Shown here piece after piece: positions 37,955 through 46,084 of a DNA stretch of 64,000 nucleotides. Below the pieces are notes generated by a model that did not search any database, was not told the origin of the DNA, and saw only the letters and a program-made list of their open reading frames with translations. The translations under genes and the position numbers were made by a program. Each line of letters opens with the position of its first letter. Position 1 is the stretch's first letter. Source of the DNA: Verrucomicrobiota bacterium (lineage in GTDB: Bacteria; Verrucomicrobiota; Verrucomicrobiia; Limisphaerales; Palsa-1400); NCBI GenBank assembly GCA_049510745.1, contig JBEKYR010000018.1:27584-91583 (forward strand), given 5' to 3'.

Positions 37955-39157
37955 ATGAAACAACTCTCCATCGTCATGCCCCAATTGGGCGAGTCCATCG
38001 CCGAGGCGACCATCGTCAATTACCTGGTCAAGCCCGGCGATGAAGTCGTGGCGGGCCAGGACATCATCGAAGTGGAAACGAACAAGGCGACGATGATTGT
38101 TTCGTCGCCGGGCAGCGGGAAAATTGTCAAGCTTACAGCCAAGCTCGGCGAAAGCTACCCGATCGGCGCCGTCCTGGGGAGCGTCGAGCTGTCGGCCGAA
38201 GAAGCCAAGCGCCTGGGATTGGACGGGACGGAACCGGAAGAAGCCCGCCCGCCCGCCAACGGCGCCGACGCCCTTTCCAAGGCCGAACCTGAAACCAGGC
38301 GCGGGGTTGAGCCGACGGTGCGCGGGTTGCCCGTTCCCGCCCACGCGGCCGGCGCCAGCTACATGTCTCCCCGCATGAAAGCGCGCATGAACGAGTTGGG
38401 CCTGCACGCGGCGGACCTGGCCGGCGTGCCCGGCAGCGGCGCGGCCGGGCGCGTCACCATCCAGGACTTCGAAAAATTCCTCGCCAACCTGGAAAAACAC
38501 AAATTAACCACCGCCTCCAGCATGCGCGTCGCCGTGGCCGACGCCATGCGGCGAAGCTGGACGCGGCCGCTGGCCACCGTCTCGCTCCCCTGTTCGTTGG
38601 AAGCGATGCTGGCGCATCGCAAGGTGAGCCGGCCAAAGATCGGCCCGGCGCTCTACGCCTTGCGCGCGCTGGCCGTCGCGCTGGTCGAAAACAGCGCCCC
38701 CGCCGGGCGCCTGATCGGAAATAAAATTGTGCATCCGCCGTCCATCGACGTCGGTTTTGCCGTCGAAGCGGAGGAGGGCGTGCTGGTGCCCGTCCTGCGC
38801 AACGCCGACGTCCGCCCCTTGAGCGACCTGGTCGTCCGCTACAACGAATTGGTGGAATTGGCGCGGCAGCGCCGCCTGCCGCCGGAGGCCACGGGCGGCT
38901 CGATTGCCACCGTGACGAATTTCGGGACTTTTGGTTTGACATGGGCGACTCCCATTCCCCTGCCCGAACAGACCCTCGTGCTCGGCTTGGGGGCGGGCCG
39001 CAAAGTGCCCTCCTGGGACGAGCGGAAGAATCAGTTTGTGCCCGTCATGGAAGCCAATCTGACCCTGAGCTTCGATCATCGCGTGCTGGACGGCGGCGCG
39101 GCCGGCCGTTTGCTGGCCCGCGTGGCGTCGCTCTTGCAAACGCCGGAAAAACTTTAG
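37955..39157 (+). CDS. 2-oxoacid dehydrogenase E2 (dihydrolipoamide acyltransferase)
   Basis: MPQLGESI lipoyl domain (ETNKA), GSG..GRV subunit-binding domain, DHRVLDG. Confidence 0.9.
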   Translation: MKQLSIVMPQLGESIAEATIVNYLVKPGDEVVAGQDIIEVETNKATMIVSSPGSGKIVKLTAKLGESYPIGAVLGSVELSAEEAKRLGLDGTEPEEARPPANGADALSKAEPETRRGVEPTVRGLPVPAHAAGASYMSPRMKARMNELGLHAADLAGVPGSGAAGRVTIQDFEKFLANLEKHKLTTASSMRVAVADAMRRSWTRPLATVSLPCSLEAMLAHRKVSRPKIGPALYALRALAVALVENSAPAGRLIGNKIVHPPSIDVGFAVEAEEGVLVPVLRNADVRPLSDLVVRYNELVELARQRRLPPEATGGSIATVTNFGTFGLTWATPIPLPEQTLVLGLGAGRKVPSWDERKNQFVPVMEANLTLSFDHRVLDGGAAGRLLARVASLLQTPEKL

Positions 39158-39179
39158 GCTTTTCAATCAGCATTTCGGC

Positions 39180-40028
39180 ATGATTTTTGGCGCTCATTGT
39201 TCCACGGCTGGCGGGGTCTTCATGGCTTTAAAGCGGGCGGAGAAGATCATGGCGGACTGTGTCCAAATCTTCGTTAAGAATAATATGCAGTGGTTTGGGC
39301 GGCCCCCTTCACCCGCCGATATTGCCCGGTTTAACGAGGAAAAGACCCGGCTCAAAATCGCCGCCGTTTTCGGGCACGCGGGCTACCTCATCAACCTCGG
39401 CGCTCCGCCCTCGCCTAATCGCGCCAAATCCGTGCAGTCGCTCGTTCAGGAAATCACCTTCGCCGGCGCGCTTGGCCTGCCGTTCCTGGTCCTGCATCCC
39501 GGCGCCCATCTGGGCGCGGGGGAAGCGGTGGGGCTGCGCCGGATCATCGCCGGGCTGGATGAAGTTTTTCGCGCGACCAAAGACTCGGCCGTGCGCATCG
39601 CGCTGGAAAACACCGCCGGACAAGGCACTTGCCTGGGGAATCAGTTCGAGCACCTGGCCGCGATTTATGAAGGCGCGCAAAAACCGGAGCGCCTGGCCGT
39701 TTGCCTTGACACCGCCCATCTTTTCGCCGCCGGCTACGACATCCGCCAGCCCAAAGGGTGGGATAAAACCATCCGCCGCTTCCATTCCTTGATTGGGCGC
39801 GAGCAAATCGCCGCCTTTCATCTGAACGATTCCAAAACCGAATTGAATTCGCGCGTGGACCGGCACGAGCACATCGGCAAGGGAAAAATCGGTTTGAAGG
39901 CCTTTCGCCACATCGTCAACGACGCGCGTTTCCGCAACTCTCCCGGCTGCCTGGAAACCTACAAATCCGACGACCTGCACGAGGACGCCGAAAACCTCGC
40001 CACGCTGCGGTCATTGGTTGCGAAATGA
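39180..40028 (+). CDS. nfo: endonuclease IV
   Basis: GAHCS, HAGYLINL, LHPG, LENTAGQG, DTAH, HLNDSK, DRHEHIG. Confidence 0.93.
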   Translation: MIFGAHCSTAGGVFMALKRAEKIMADCVQIFVKNNMQWFGRPPSPADIARFNEEKTRLKIAAVFGHAGYLINLGAPPSPNRAKSVQSLVQEITFAGALGLPFLVLHPGAHLGAGEAVGLRRIIAGLDEVFRATKDSAVRIALENTAGQGTCLGNQFEHLAAIYEGAQKPERLAVCLDTAHLFAAGYDIRQPKGWDKTIRRFHSLIGREQIAAFHLNDSKTELNSRVDRHEHIGKGKIGLKAFRHIVNDARFRNSPGCLETYKSDDLHEDAENLATLRSLVAK

Positions 40029-40029
40029 T

Positions 40030-40647
40030 TTACCCGCTTAACGCGGCAAAGTTTTTCAGCAATCGCAGGCCCACCGCCTGGCTTTTTTCCGGGTGAAATT
40101 GCGTGGCATAGACATTGTCGCGCCAGACGGACGACGCGAAAGTCTCGCCGTAAGTGGTCTCAGTGGCGGGCAGCGTCGCGTCGTCGGGCTTGGGAAAAAA
40201 GCTGTGGACAAAATAGACGTAGCTGCCGGAGGGAATCCCCTGAAAAATCGGGCATTCGGGCCGGACGATGTTCAATTGGTTCCAGCCAATTTGCGGCACT
40301 TTGAGGCCGCTCTTGTCCGAGAAGCGGACGACCTTGCCGCGGAAAACGCCCAGGCCCGCCGCGCAACTGTTGAACTCCTCGCTCCGCTCGAAGAGCGCCT
40401 GGTAGCCGACGCATATTCCCAGGAAGGGCCTCCCGCTCTGGATGAAATCCTTAATGGCACCGAGCAAATCCTGATTGCGCATGGCGTTGACGCAATCATC
40501 AAACGCGCCGACGCCCGGCAGGACGACCGCGCGTGCGTCCGCCATCTCCGCGGGCCGTTTGACGACGCGCACCTCCGCGCCGACCTTGAGCAGCGCCTTC
40601 TGCACGCTGCGCAAATTCCCCGAATCATAGTCAATCAAGGCAATCAC
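40030..40647 (-). CDS. hisH: imidazole glycerol phosphate synthase glutaminase subunit
   Basis: IDYDSGNLRSV, LPGVG, GICVG, YFVHS, QFHPEKS; probable GTG start 40647. Confidence 0.93.
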   Translation of the reverse strand: MIALIDYDSGNLRSVQKALLKVGAEVRVVKRPAEMADARAVVLPGVGAFDDCVNAMRNQDLLGAIKDFIQSGRPFLGICVGYQALFERSEEFNSCAAGLGVFRGKVVRFSDKSGLKVPQIGWNQLNIVRPECPIFQGIPSGSYVYFVHSFFPKPDDATLPATETTYGETFASSVWRDNVYATQFHPEKSQAVGLRLLKNFAALSG

Positions 40648-40751
40648 CGCGTGGGAAGGTAGCATCAAATGGCGGGCGGTCAACGCCGGCGGTGAGGCAG
40701 AAGGCGTTGATTTGAGCTTGTCTTTGAGATGGGTTGAGTTAAAGTTTGGAC

Positions 40752-41021
40752 ATGGCGAACCGGAACGATTTGAGCAGTTTGGAGCGGCTCCTGCGCCCTC
40801 TGCGCCGGGAGTTGAGAGCCGAACTGGCGGCGGCCCTGCTTCGCCTGAAAGCAGATGCGAAGGTGCAGGCTCGTTACGACGAACTGGCGAGCAAGAACAC
40901 CGAAGGCACGCTGACGCCGGGACAACGGGCGGAGTTGGAATCGCTGGTTCGCGCCAATTCCTTCCTGACCGTTCTGAAGGCGGAGGCGCGCGCCTTGCTG
41001 CTGCAGCCAAAGGCTGCCTGA
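40752..41021 (+). CDS. small helical protein, partner of the HNH gene (antitoxin-like)
   Basis: 'QARYDELASKNTEGTLTP..RAELE...LKAEAR'; stop overlaps the HNH start (TGATG). Confidence 0.7.
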   Translation: MANRNDLSSLERLLRPLRRELRAELAAALLRLKADAKVQARYDELASKNTEGTLTPGQRAELESLVRANSFLTVLKAEARALLLQPKAA

Positions 41022-41350
41022 TGGACGCCGCGCTCCGCGAATTCGTTCGCCAACGCGCCGGGGACCGCTGTGAGTATTGCCATCTTCCCCAGGAATTCTC
41101 CGAACTCCACTTTCATGTCGAACACATTATTCCACGCCAGCACGGCGGCACAGAGGATTCCAGGAACCTCGCCTTGGCCTGTCCCGAGTGCAACCTGGCA
41201 AAGGGCCCCAACCTCACAGGGATCGAACCGGATCGAGGAAAAGTGGTGCGCCTTTTCGATCCGCGACGGGACAAATGGACGCAACATTTCGCTTACGACG
41301 GCGCTCGCATCGCCGGCAAGACGTCGGTAGAGGCGTATCGCTGGGAGTGA
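41021..41350 (+). pseudogene. HNH endonuclease, probably C-terminally truncated
   Basis: CEYC...VEHIIP...NLALACPECN..KG; ends at GKTSV followed by unrelated residues at the low-GC junction. Confidence 0.65.
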
Positions 41351-41419
41351 AGCATGAAGCGTTATCGCACAGACGGGGCGGTAGATTATCGGCTTGCGAA
41401 TATGGAACATTACACCATA

Positions 41420-42256
41420 ATGCCGAAAGAAGACGTTAATATGCGCGTGCCAGACCACATAAAAAAATGCGTTGCATTCATTGGTGTAAAAATATACGAA
41501 CCAAATGGTAATTTTTCCTATGATTTTTCAGGAACGGGGTTTTTTGCCAGCGTCCCGTCAGACCTCCCTGGTGCTTGCAGCGTTTACTTTGTAACCGCTA
41601 AACACAATGTTGTTGAAATGCAGCAGGACTGCAAGGAGTGGGCTATAAGGTTGAATACGAAGGACGGCAATTCCAAAACATTCGATGGCATTGATGCAAA
41701 ATGGCACTACCATGAAGACAAGTCTGTGGATTTGGCCGTGATAAATTGGCTGCCTCCAAACCCGGAAAAATTCGACCACCTTCATATCCCTACAAGTTCG
41801 TTCCTAAATTCAAATAGCTTTACAGAACAGGGAATAGGTATTGGTGATGAAGTTTGCATGGTCGGACTATTTAGACTTTACAGCGGTGATTTCAAAAACG
41901 AGCCGGTATTAAGAATTGGAAACATTGCAATGTTGCCAAGCAGACGCATTGAAATCAAAGACATTGGCCCAATGGAGGCGTATCTAATCGAAGCCAGGTC
42001 GATGGGCGGGTTAAGCGGCTCTCCTGTGTTTTTAGCAGAACAAGGGATAGACCCAGTAACTAAAATGATTGCTTTTCGTTGGCATTTTTTGGGAATAATC
42101 CACGGACACTATAAACTGAAATCTGGCGAGCAAATCGAGCGCATTGCCCTTAACTCTGCAACAAACGTTGGAGTTTCAATTGTAACGCCAGCTCAAAAAC
42201 TGCTAGATATTTTAAACAATGAGGAACTGAGTGCTGCTAGGGAGAAAGGAATCTGA
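41420..42256 (+). CDS. trypsin-like serine protease (low GC)
   Basis: GTGFF, VTAKH, DLAV, GGLSGSPVF (H-D-S triad); start uncertain (41354/41402/41420/41441). Confidence 0.8.
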   Translation: MPKEDVNMRVPDHIKKCVAFIGVKIYEPNGNFSYDFSGTGFFASVPSDLPGACSVYFVTAKHNVVEMQQDCKEWAIRLNTKDGNSKTFDGIDAKWHYHEDKSVDLAVINWLPPNPEKFDHLHIPTSSFLNSNSFTEQGIGIGDEVCMVGLFRLYSGDFKNEPVLRIGNIAMLPSRRIEIKDIGPMEAYLIEARSMGGLSGSPVFLAEQGIDPVTKMIAFRWHFLGIIHGHYKLKSGEQIERIALNSATNVGVSIVTPAQKLLDILNNEELSAAREKGI

Positions 42257-42341
42257 AATAAAGATGAGAAAAGAAGAGGAAACAACACTAGATTAGTCCA
42301 TGAAAAAGCAACACATAACCATCACGCACGGCACGGTGTTT

Positions 42342-43226
42342 CTATTCCTTCTTCCGAAGGTTGTAAGCCTTGTTGAGCAGGTTGCTCAAGAGTTCACGCT
42401 GGGCGGTGATGTCTGATTCTTTCAGTTTTATGCGGTATTGTTTCCATTGCTTGTCATACTCCAACACATCCAACCCAATGGCGTTAAGCTGCGCGTCTAA
42501 TTCTGGCGTCTTTGGCAGGCAAATCGAGAGCAGCATCGCGTTCTTTCGAGGTCTAAAGCTTGCAAAATTGCACGCCCTGCCGTCGATCCATATTCCTATG
42601 TAATACTTGTTGTAACTTAGAACCGCGTCGGTTTTAAAGGTATGAATAATCTCAAGCACTTTGTCCACAAGTTGCACTGTCTTGGGTGTGCCTTGCTCGG
42701 TTTCCCAATAGCTCCGATCTGTGGGTGGTTCGTCACCATCGTCTATTACACCCGAAGCCATCGTATCAAGAACGCGAGTGAAGATTATGCCAATCCCATC
42801 CGCCTGCCGGATTACAGTCATCTGAATTGCCATGAGCGGAATAACACCGTTGAACAAGCCAATCACGTTGAAAAATCGCGATGTAATGTCCTCGGCAATA
42901 ATGACGGCGGTATGGCGAAGTTGCGGATACCGTTTCCGTTCAGTATCCCAGTACTCAATTGTGCGGATTATGTGTGACTCATCTGTGGAGCCAAGTTGCA
43001 ATTCAACTTCGTATCGTCCTGTGCCATCGTCGTCTTGCAGAAGCAAGTCGAGCCGTCCACCGCCGGGTTGGATTCGTTCGCGGCCAATGATAATCACGTC
43101 GCCAAGGCCAAGCACCGTCGGGTCGTTTTCAATCACCTGTTGCACCCACCGCTCGTTGACCTCCTGCGAGGATTTTAACGACAGCGTTTCCAGTTTGACG
43201 AATTTTGGCGTGAGCGGAGCATTCAT
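42342..43226 (-). CDS. PD-(D/E)xK-like nuclease domain plus C-terminal DUF5655-like domain
   Basis: 'E..VQ..I..DP..LG', GRLDLL, YEVELQ, HIIRTIEYWD; C-terminal 'YNKYYIG'. Confidence 0.7.
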   Translation of the reverse strand: MNAPLTPKFVKLETLSLKSSQEVNERWVQQVIENDPTVLGLGDVIIIGRERIQPGGGRLDLLLQDDDGTGRYEVELQLGSTDESHIIRTIEYWDTERKRYPQLRHTAVIIAEDITSRFFNVIGLFNGVIPLMAIQMTVIRQADGIGIIFTRVLDTMASGVIDDGDEPPTDRSYWETEQGTPKTVQLVDKVLEIIHTFKTDAVLSYNKYYIGIWIDGRACNFASFRPRKNAMLLSICLPKTPELDAQLNAIGLDVLEYDKQWKQYRIKLKESDITAQRELLSNLLNKAYNLRKKE

Positions 43227-43282
43227 AATTCCAGTCGATTGTCGGGCATTGAATCACGCCCAAGGCGCCCCGTCAACGGCGG

Positions 43283-43756
43283 AAACCGACTATAAAAATG
43301 GCTCAAAGCACCCTTGAAATGAAAAATCCGCTCCACCAACTCAAGAGTTTGCGGCGCGGATTTTTGCCAATTGCTGCCAACCTACCAGCGTGGCTTGAAC
43401 GGCGGGCGGGGGGAGACGAACCGTGGCATCCGCAGCCAAGGCTTTGGCTGTGGTATGTAGATCGTCGAGTTCTCGTCAAACGCGCCGTCGGCTTTTTTAG
43501 GTGTATGCGCATCCTTTTGCTGTGCAATTGGTTGCGTTTCGTCTGCCGCTTGTTGCGGCTCTGCCTTTTGGGCAGGATTGTTTGTCTTCATGTTTGTCTT
43601 CAAACTTTCTTGTCCAGAACCGGCCCCCATGCACATTACACGGGGTGGCCATTCTTTCATATCAACCTATCGTTTTCGGATGCTGGCGCAAGTGGAATTA
43701 TCAGGCCGAAACAGCCGCGTATTAATAGCCAAAACCGACTATAAAAACGGCTCAAA
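43283..43756. repeat. 25-bp direct repeat pair
   Basis: aaaccgactataaaaatggctcaaa (43283-43307) and aaaccgactataaaaacggctcaaa (43732-43756), 24/25 identical. Confidence 0.8.
43382..43591 (-). CDS. small hypothetical protein
   Basis: MKTNNPAQKAEP..., 69 aa; competes with an overlapping + ORF. Confidence 0.3.
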   Translation of the reverse strand: MKTNNPAQKAEPQQAADETQPIAQQKDAHTPKKADGAFDENSTIYIPQPKPWLRMPRFVSPRPPFKPRW

Positions 43757-43760
43757 ATAA

Positions 43761-44102
43761 ATGAAAACTATTGAAGTAGAAGTTTATGGTCGTCAACTCG
43801 TCGTTGTCCCGCTTCCTGGCCAAAGCCAAGAGCCGCCGTCCGGCGCGTCGCGCATTGAACTGCTTGACATGGCAAAGGACGGTAAACTTTTCGGCGCGTT
43901 CAGGAGGCAGATAATCGACTTAAAGAACCTACCAGCAGTTTCAGAGCTTGCTGAAAATCTCCCTGTGCCAGTTGAAGTTGTGTGTTGGCTTTCAGCCGTC
44001 TTTGGCCAAGCTGTTTACATACAGTCGCTTCTACCTCGGCCCGTTCCGGCTTCGTCAACAGGCGGTAATATGTCACAACAAGTTCAAACTCAGCTTGTTT
44101 AA
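43761..44102 (+). CDS. hypothetical protein
   Basis: ATG directly after the repeat; overlaps antisense ORF 43900..44163. Confidence 0.35.
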   Translation: MKTIEVEVYGRQLVVVPLPGQSQEPPSGASRIELLDMAKDGKLFGAFRRQIIDLKNLPAVSELAENLPVPVEVVCWLSAVFGQAVYIQSLLPRPVPASSTGGNMSQQVQTQLV

Positions 44103-44163
44103 ACTTCATTTCGTCCTCTTTTTGAATCGTGAGAAGCGTTATTTTTGGTGGATTTGGTTGCAT
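43900..44163 (-). CDS. hypothetical protein (alternative to the + ORF)
   Basis: MQPNPPKITLL..., helical composition; TTGACG upstream on the minus strand. Confidence 0.35.
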   Translation of the reverse strand: MQPNPPKITLLTIQKEDEMKFKQAEFELVVTYYRLLTKPERAEVEATVCKQLGQRRLKANTQLQLAQGDFQQALKLLVGSLSRLSAS

Positions 44164-44292
44164 ATATGTGCGGCGATTCTTGCGGTATAAAGCGCCGCCG
44201 TCAAGCGCGGTCAATTCCGCAGCGGGCGAAAACAACGGATGGAAGCGTGTCACCCCTAAACCATGCGCACTTGCGTTATCTTTATACTTCCG

Positions 44293-44589
44293 TTGAATAA
44301 CACTCCGCCGCCCGATGTCCTGGCGGTGCAGATCACTGACGACCGTCTGGCGTTTGACCTCGAAGACGGACGCAGCGTGAGCGTACCGCTGGCGTTTTAC
44401 CCGACGCTGCTGCTGGCGACGCCCGAGGAGCGGGCTGAATTCGAGATCTGCCATTCTTCCGTCCATTGGCCGAAGCTGGACTGCGACATTGGTTCGGACG
44501 GTTTGCTGCGGGGCGCGAAAGAAGCCCGGAAATTCGCCGGAGCAGCAACGGCGCGAAAAACCAAGGCTGCTGCGGGCATCAAGTCGTGA
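44293..44589 (+). CDS. DUF2442 family protein (orphan antitoxin-like)
   Basis: 'LEDGRSVSVPLAFYPTL..ATPEER...VHWP.LD.DI...GLL'. Confidence 0.8.
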   Translation: MNNTPPPDVLAVQITDDRLAFDLEDGRSVSVPLAFYPTLLLATPEERAEFEICHSSVHWPKLDCDIGSDGLLRGAKEARKFAGAATARKTKAAAGIKS

Positions 44590-44645
44590 TTGATTTGACA
44601 GAGTATTCAGCGCGGGAACTCAGCGCGGCTCGATGACCTTCAGTC

Positions 44646-44897
44646 CTATGGTTGGCCCTTGCGTCCCTTGATGAGGTCCCGCCGCCACGCGCGTGCTTCG
44701 TCGTCTGGCAGTTCCGTTTTTGCCAGCGCCTCGGCCAAATCCCTGCCTTTGCAGACCTTCCCGTTGGCCGGCACGATCCGGGCTACAGGCTTGCCGTTCT
44801 TCAACAACACGAACGTCCGGTCTTGATAGCGGGTCTGATTGACGCACTCCGCGAACTTCCGGGCCGCCTCAGTCACGCTGATCGTCGTTTCCTTCAC
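44646..44897 (-). CDS. Phd/YefM-type antitoxin, orphan
   Basis: 'ISVTEAARKFAECVN...LLKNGKPVARIVP'. Confidence 0.75.
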   Translation of the reverse strand: MKETTISVTEAARKFAECVNQTRYQDRTFVLLKNGKPVARIVPANGKVCKGRDLAEALAKTELPDDEARAWRRDLIKGRKGQP

Positions 44898-44963
44898 AAG
44901 AATCAGATTATCAGATTTTAAGCACAAATCAACAACCACTTTCCGGGTTCGGCCGCCGGCATT

Positions 44964-46052
44964 CTATGTGACTCCGGCCCCGGCCGCCACGTCCCGCTCG
45001 GTTTTCAGCCGAAGCTGGCCGCAGGCGGCGTCGATGTCCTGGCCTTTTTCCCGGCGCAACGTGGCCGATACCCCCTCCCGCTCCAACGCGGCGAGGAAGG
45101 CTTCCTGGACCGCTTCGCCGGGCCGGCTCCACGGCAGACCCTCGACTTTGTTGTAGGGGATTAAATTCACCTTGGCGCGCAAATGACGGGCCAGCCGGGC
45201 CAGGGGCGGCGCCTGGTCCAAGGCGTCGTTCACCCCGGCGATCAAAATGTATTCCAGCGTGATCATCCGGCCTTTTTTCTCCAAGTAATACTCGCAGGCG
45301 GCGGTCAATTCGCGCAACGGATACTTCTTGTTGATCGGCATCAGTTTGGCGCGGATCGCGTCGGTCGCGCCGTGCAGCGAAACGGCCAGGCGGAATTGCG
45401 GCGGTTCGGCGGCCAGTTGGCGGATTTGCGGCGCCAAACCGCTGGTCGAGACGGTGATTTTGCGCGCGCCGATCTGGCCGCCCCAGGGCGCGTTGAGCAG
45501 GCGCAGCGCCCGCAGCAGGTTCTCGTAATTGGCCAGCGGCTCGCCCATCCCCATCACCACAATGTTGTTAATCAACCGCTCCCCGCCCTTCCCCGCAGCC
45601 CGTTCCACCGCCAAAACCTGGTTGACGATTTCCTCGGGGCGCAAATGGCGTTTCCAGCCGTCCAGGCCGCTGGCGCAAAACTTGCAGCCGTAGGCGCAGC
45701 CGACTTGCGTGGAAACGCATAACGTATGGCGGTCGCTCGCCTCGCCGTAAAGGCCGGGGCTGGCGGGGATCAGGACGCTCTCAATCAAGGCGCCGTCCGC
45801 CAGGCGCCAGAGGAATTTTTGCGTCGTCTCGCGCGCGCCCTGTTTGCGCGCCAATTCCGGCCAGTCGAGGGCGTAGGTCTCCCGCAAGCGTCCGCGCAGG
45901 GCCTTGGGCAGGTTGGTCATTTCGTCCCACGCGACGGCGCGCCGGGCGTAAAGCCATGTCAACAATTGCGCGACGCGATAGGACGGCTCCCGCCAGAGCG
46001 CGAACTGGCGCAGCAGTTCCTCCTGGGTTTGGGAGCGGATGTCGGCTTTCAC
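44964..46052 (-). CDS. rlmN: 23S rRNA m2A2503 methyltransferase
   Basis: CVSTQVGCAYGCKFC, MGMGEP, STSG, VNLIPYN, DIDAACGQL. Confidence 0.95.
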   Translation of the reverse strand: MKADIRSQTQEELLRQFALWREPSYRVAQLLTWLYARRAVAWDEMTNLPKALRGRLRETYALDWPELARKQGARETTQKFLWRLADGALIESVLIPASPGLYGEASDRHTLCVSTQVGCAYGCKFCASGLDGWKRHLRPEEIVNQVLAVERAAGKGGERLINNIVVMGMGEPLANYENLLRALRLLNAPWGGQIGARKITVSTSGLAPQIRQLAAEPPQFRLAVSLHGATDAIRAKLMPINKKYPLRELTAACEYYLEKKGRMITLEYILIAGVNDALDQAPPLARLARHLRAKVNLIPYNKVEGLPWSRPGEAVQEAFLAALEREGVSATLRREKGQDIDAACGQLRLKTERDVAAGAGVT

Positions 46053-46084
46053 GCGGGCTGGCCCTTTGCCTCCGGCGGCGGGGC

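Noticed and set aside
40648..41010. N-terminal extension of HisH
   Set aside because: Overlaps the divergent + strand gene; HisH homology begins at 'IALIDY'
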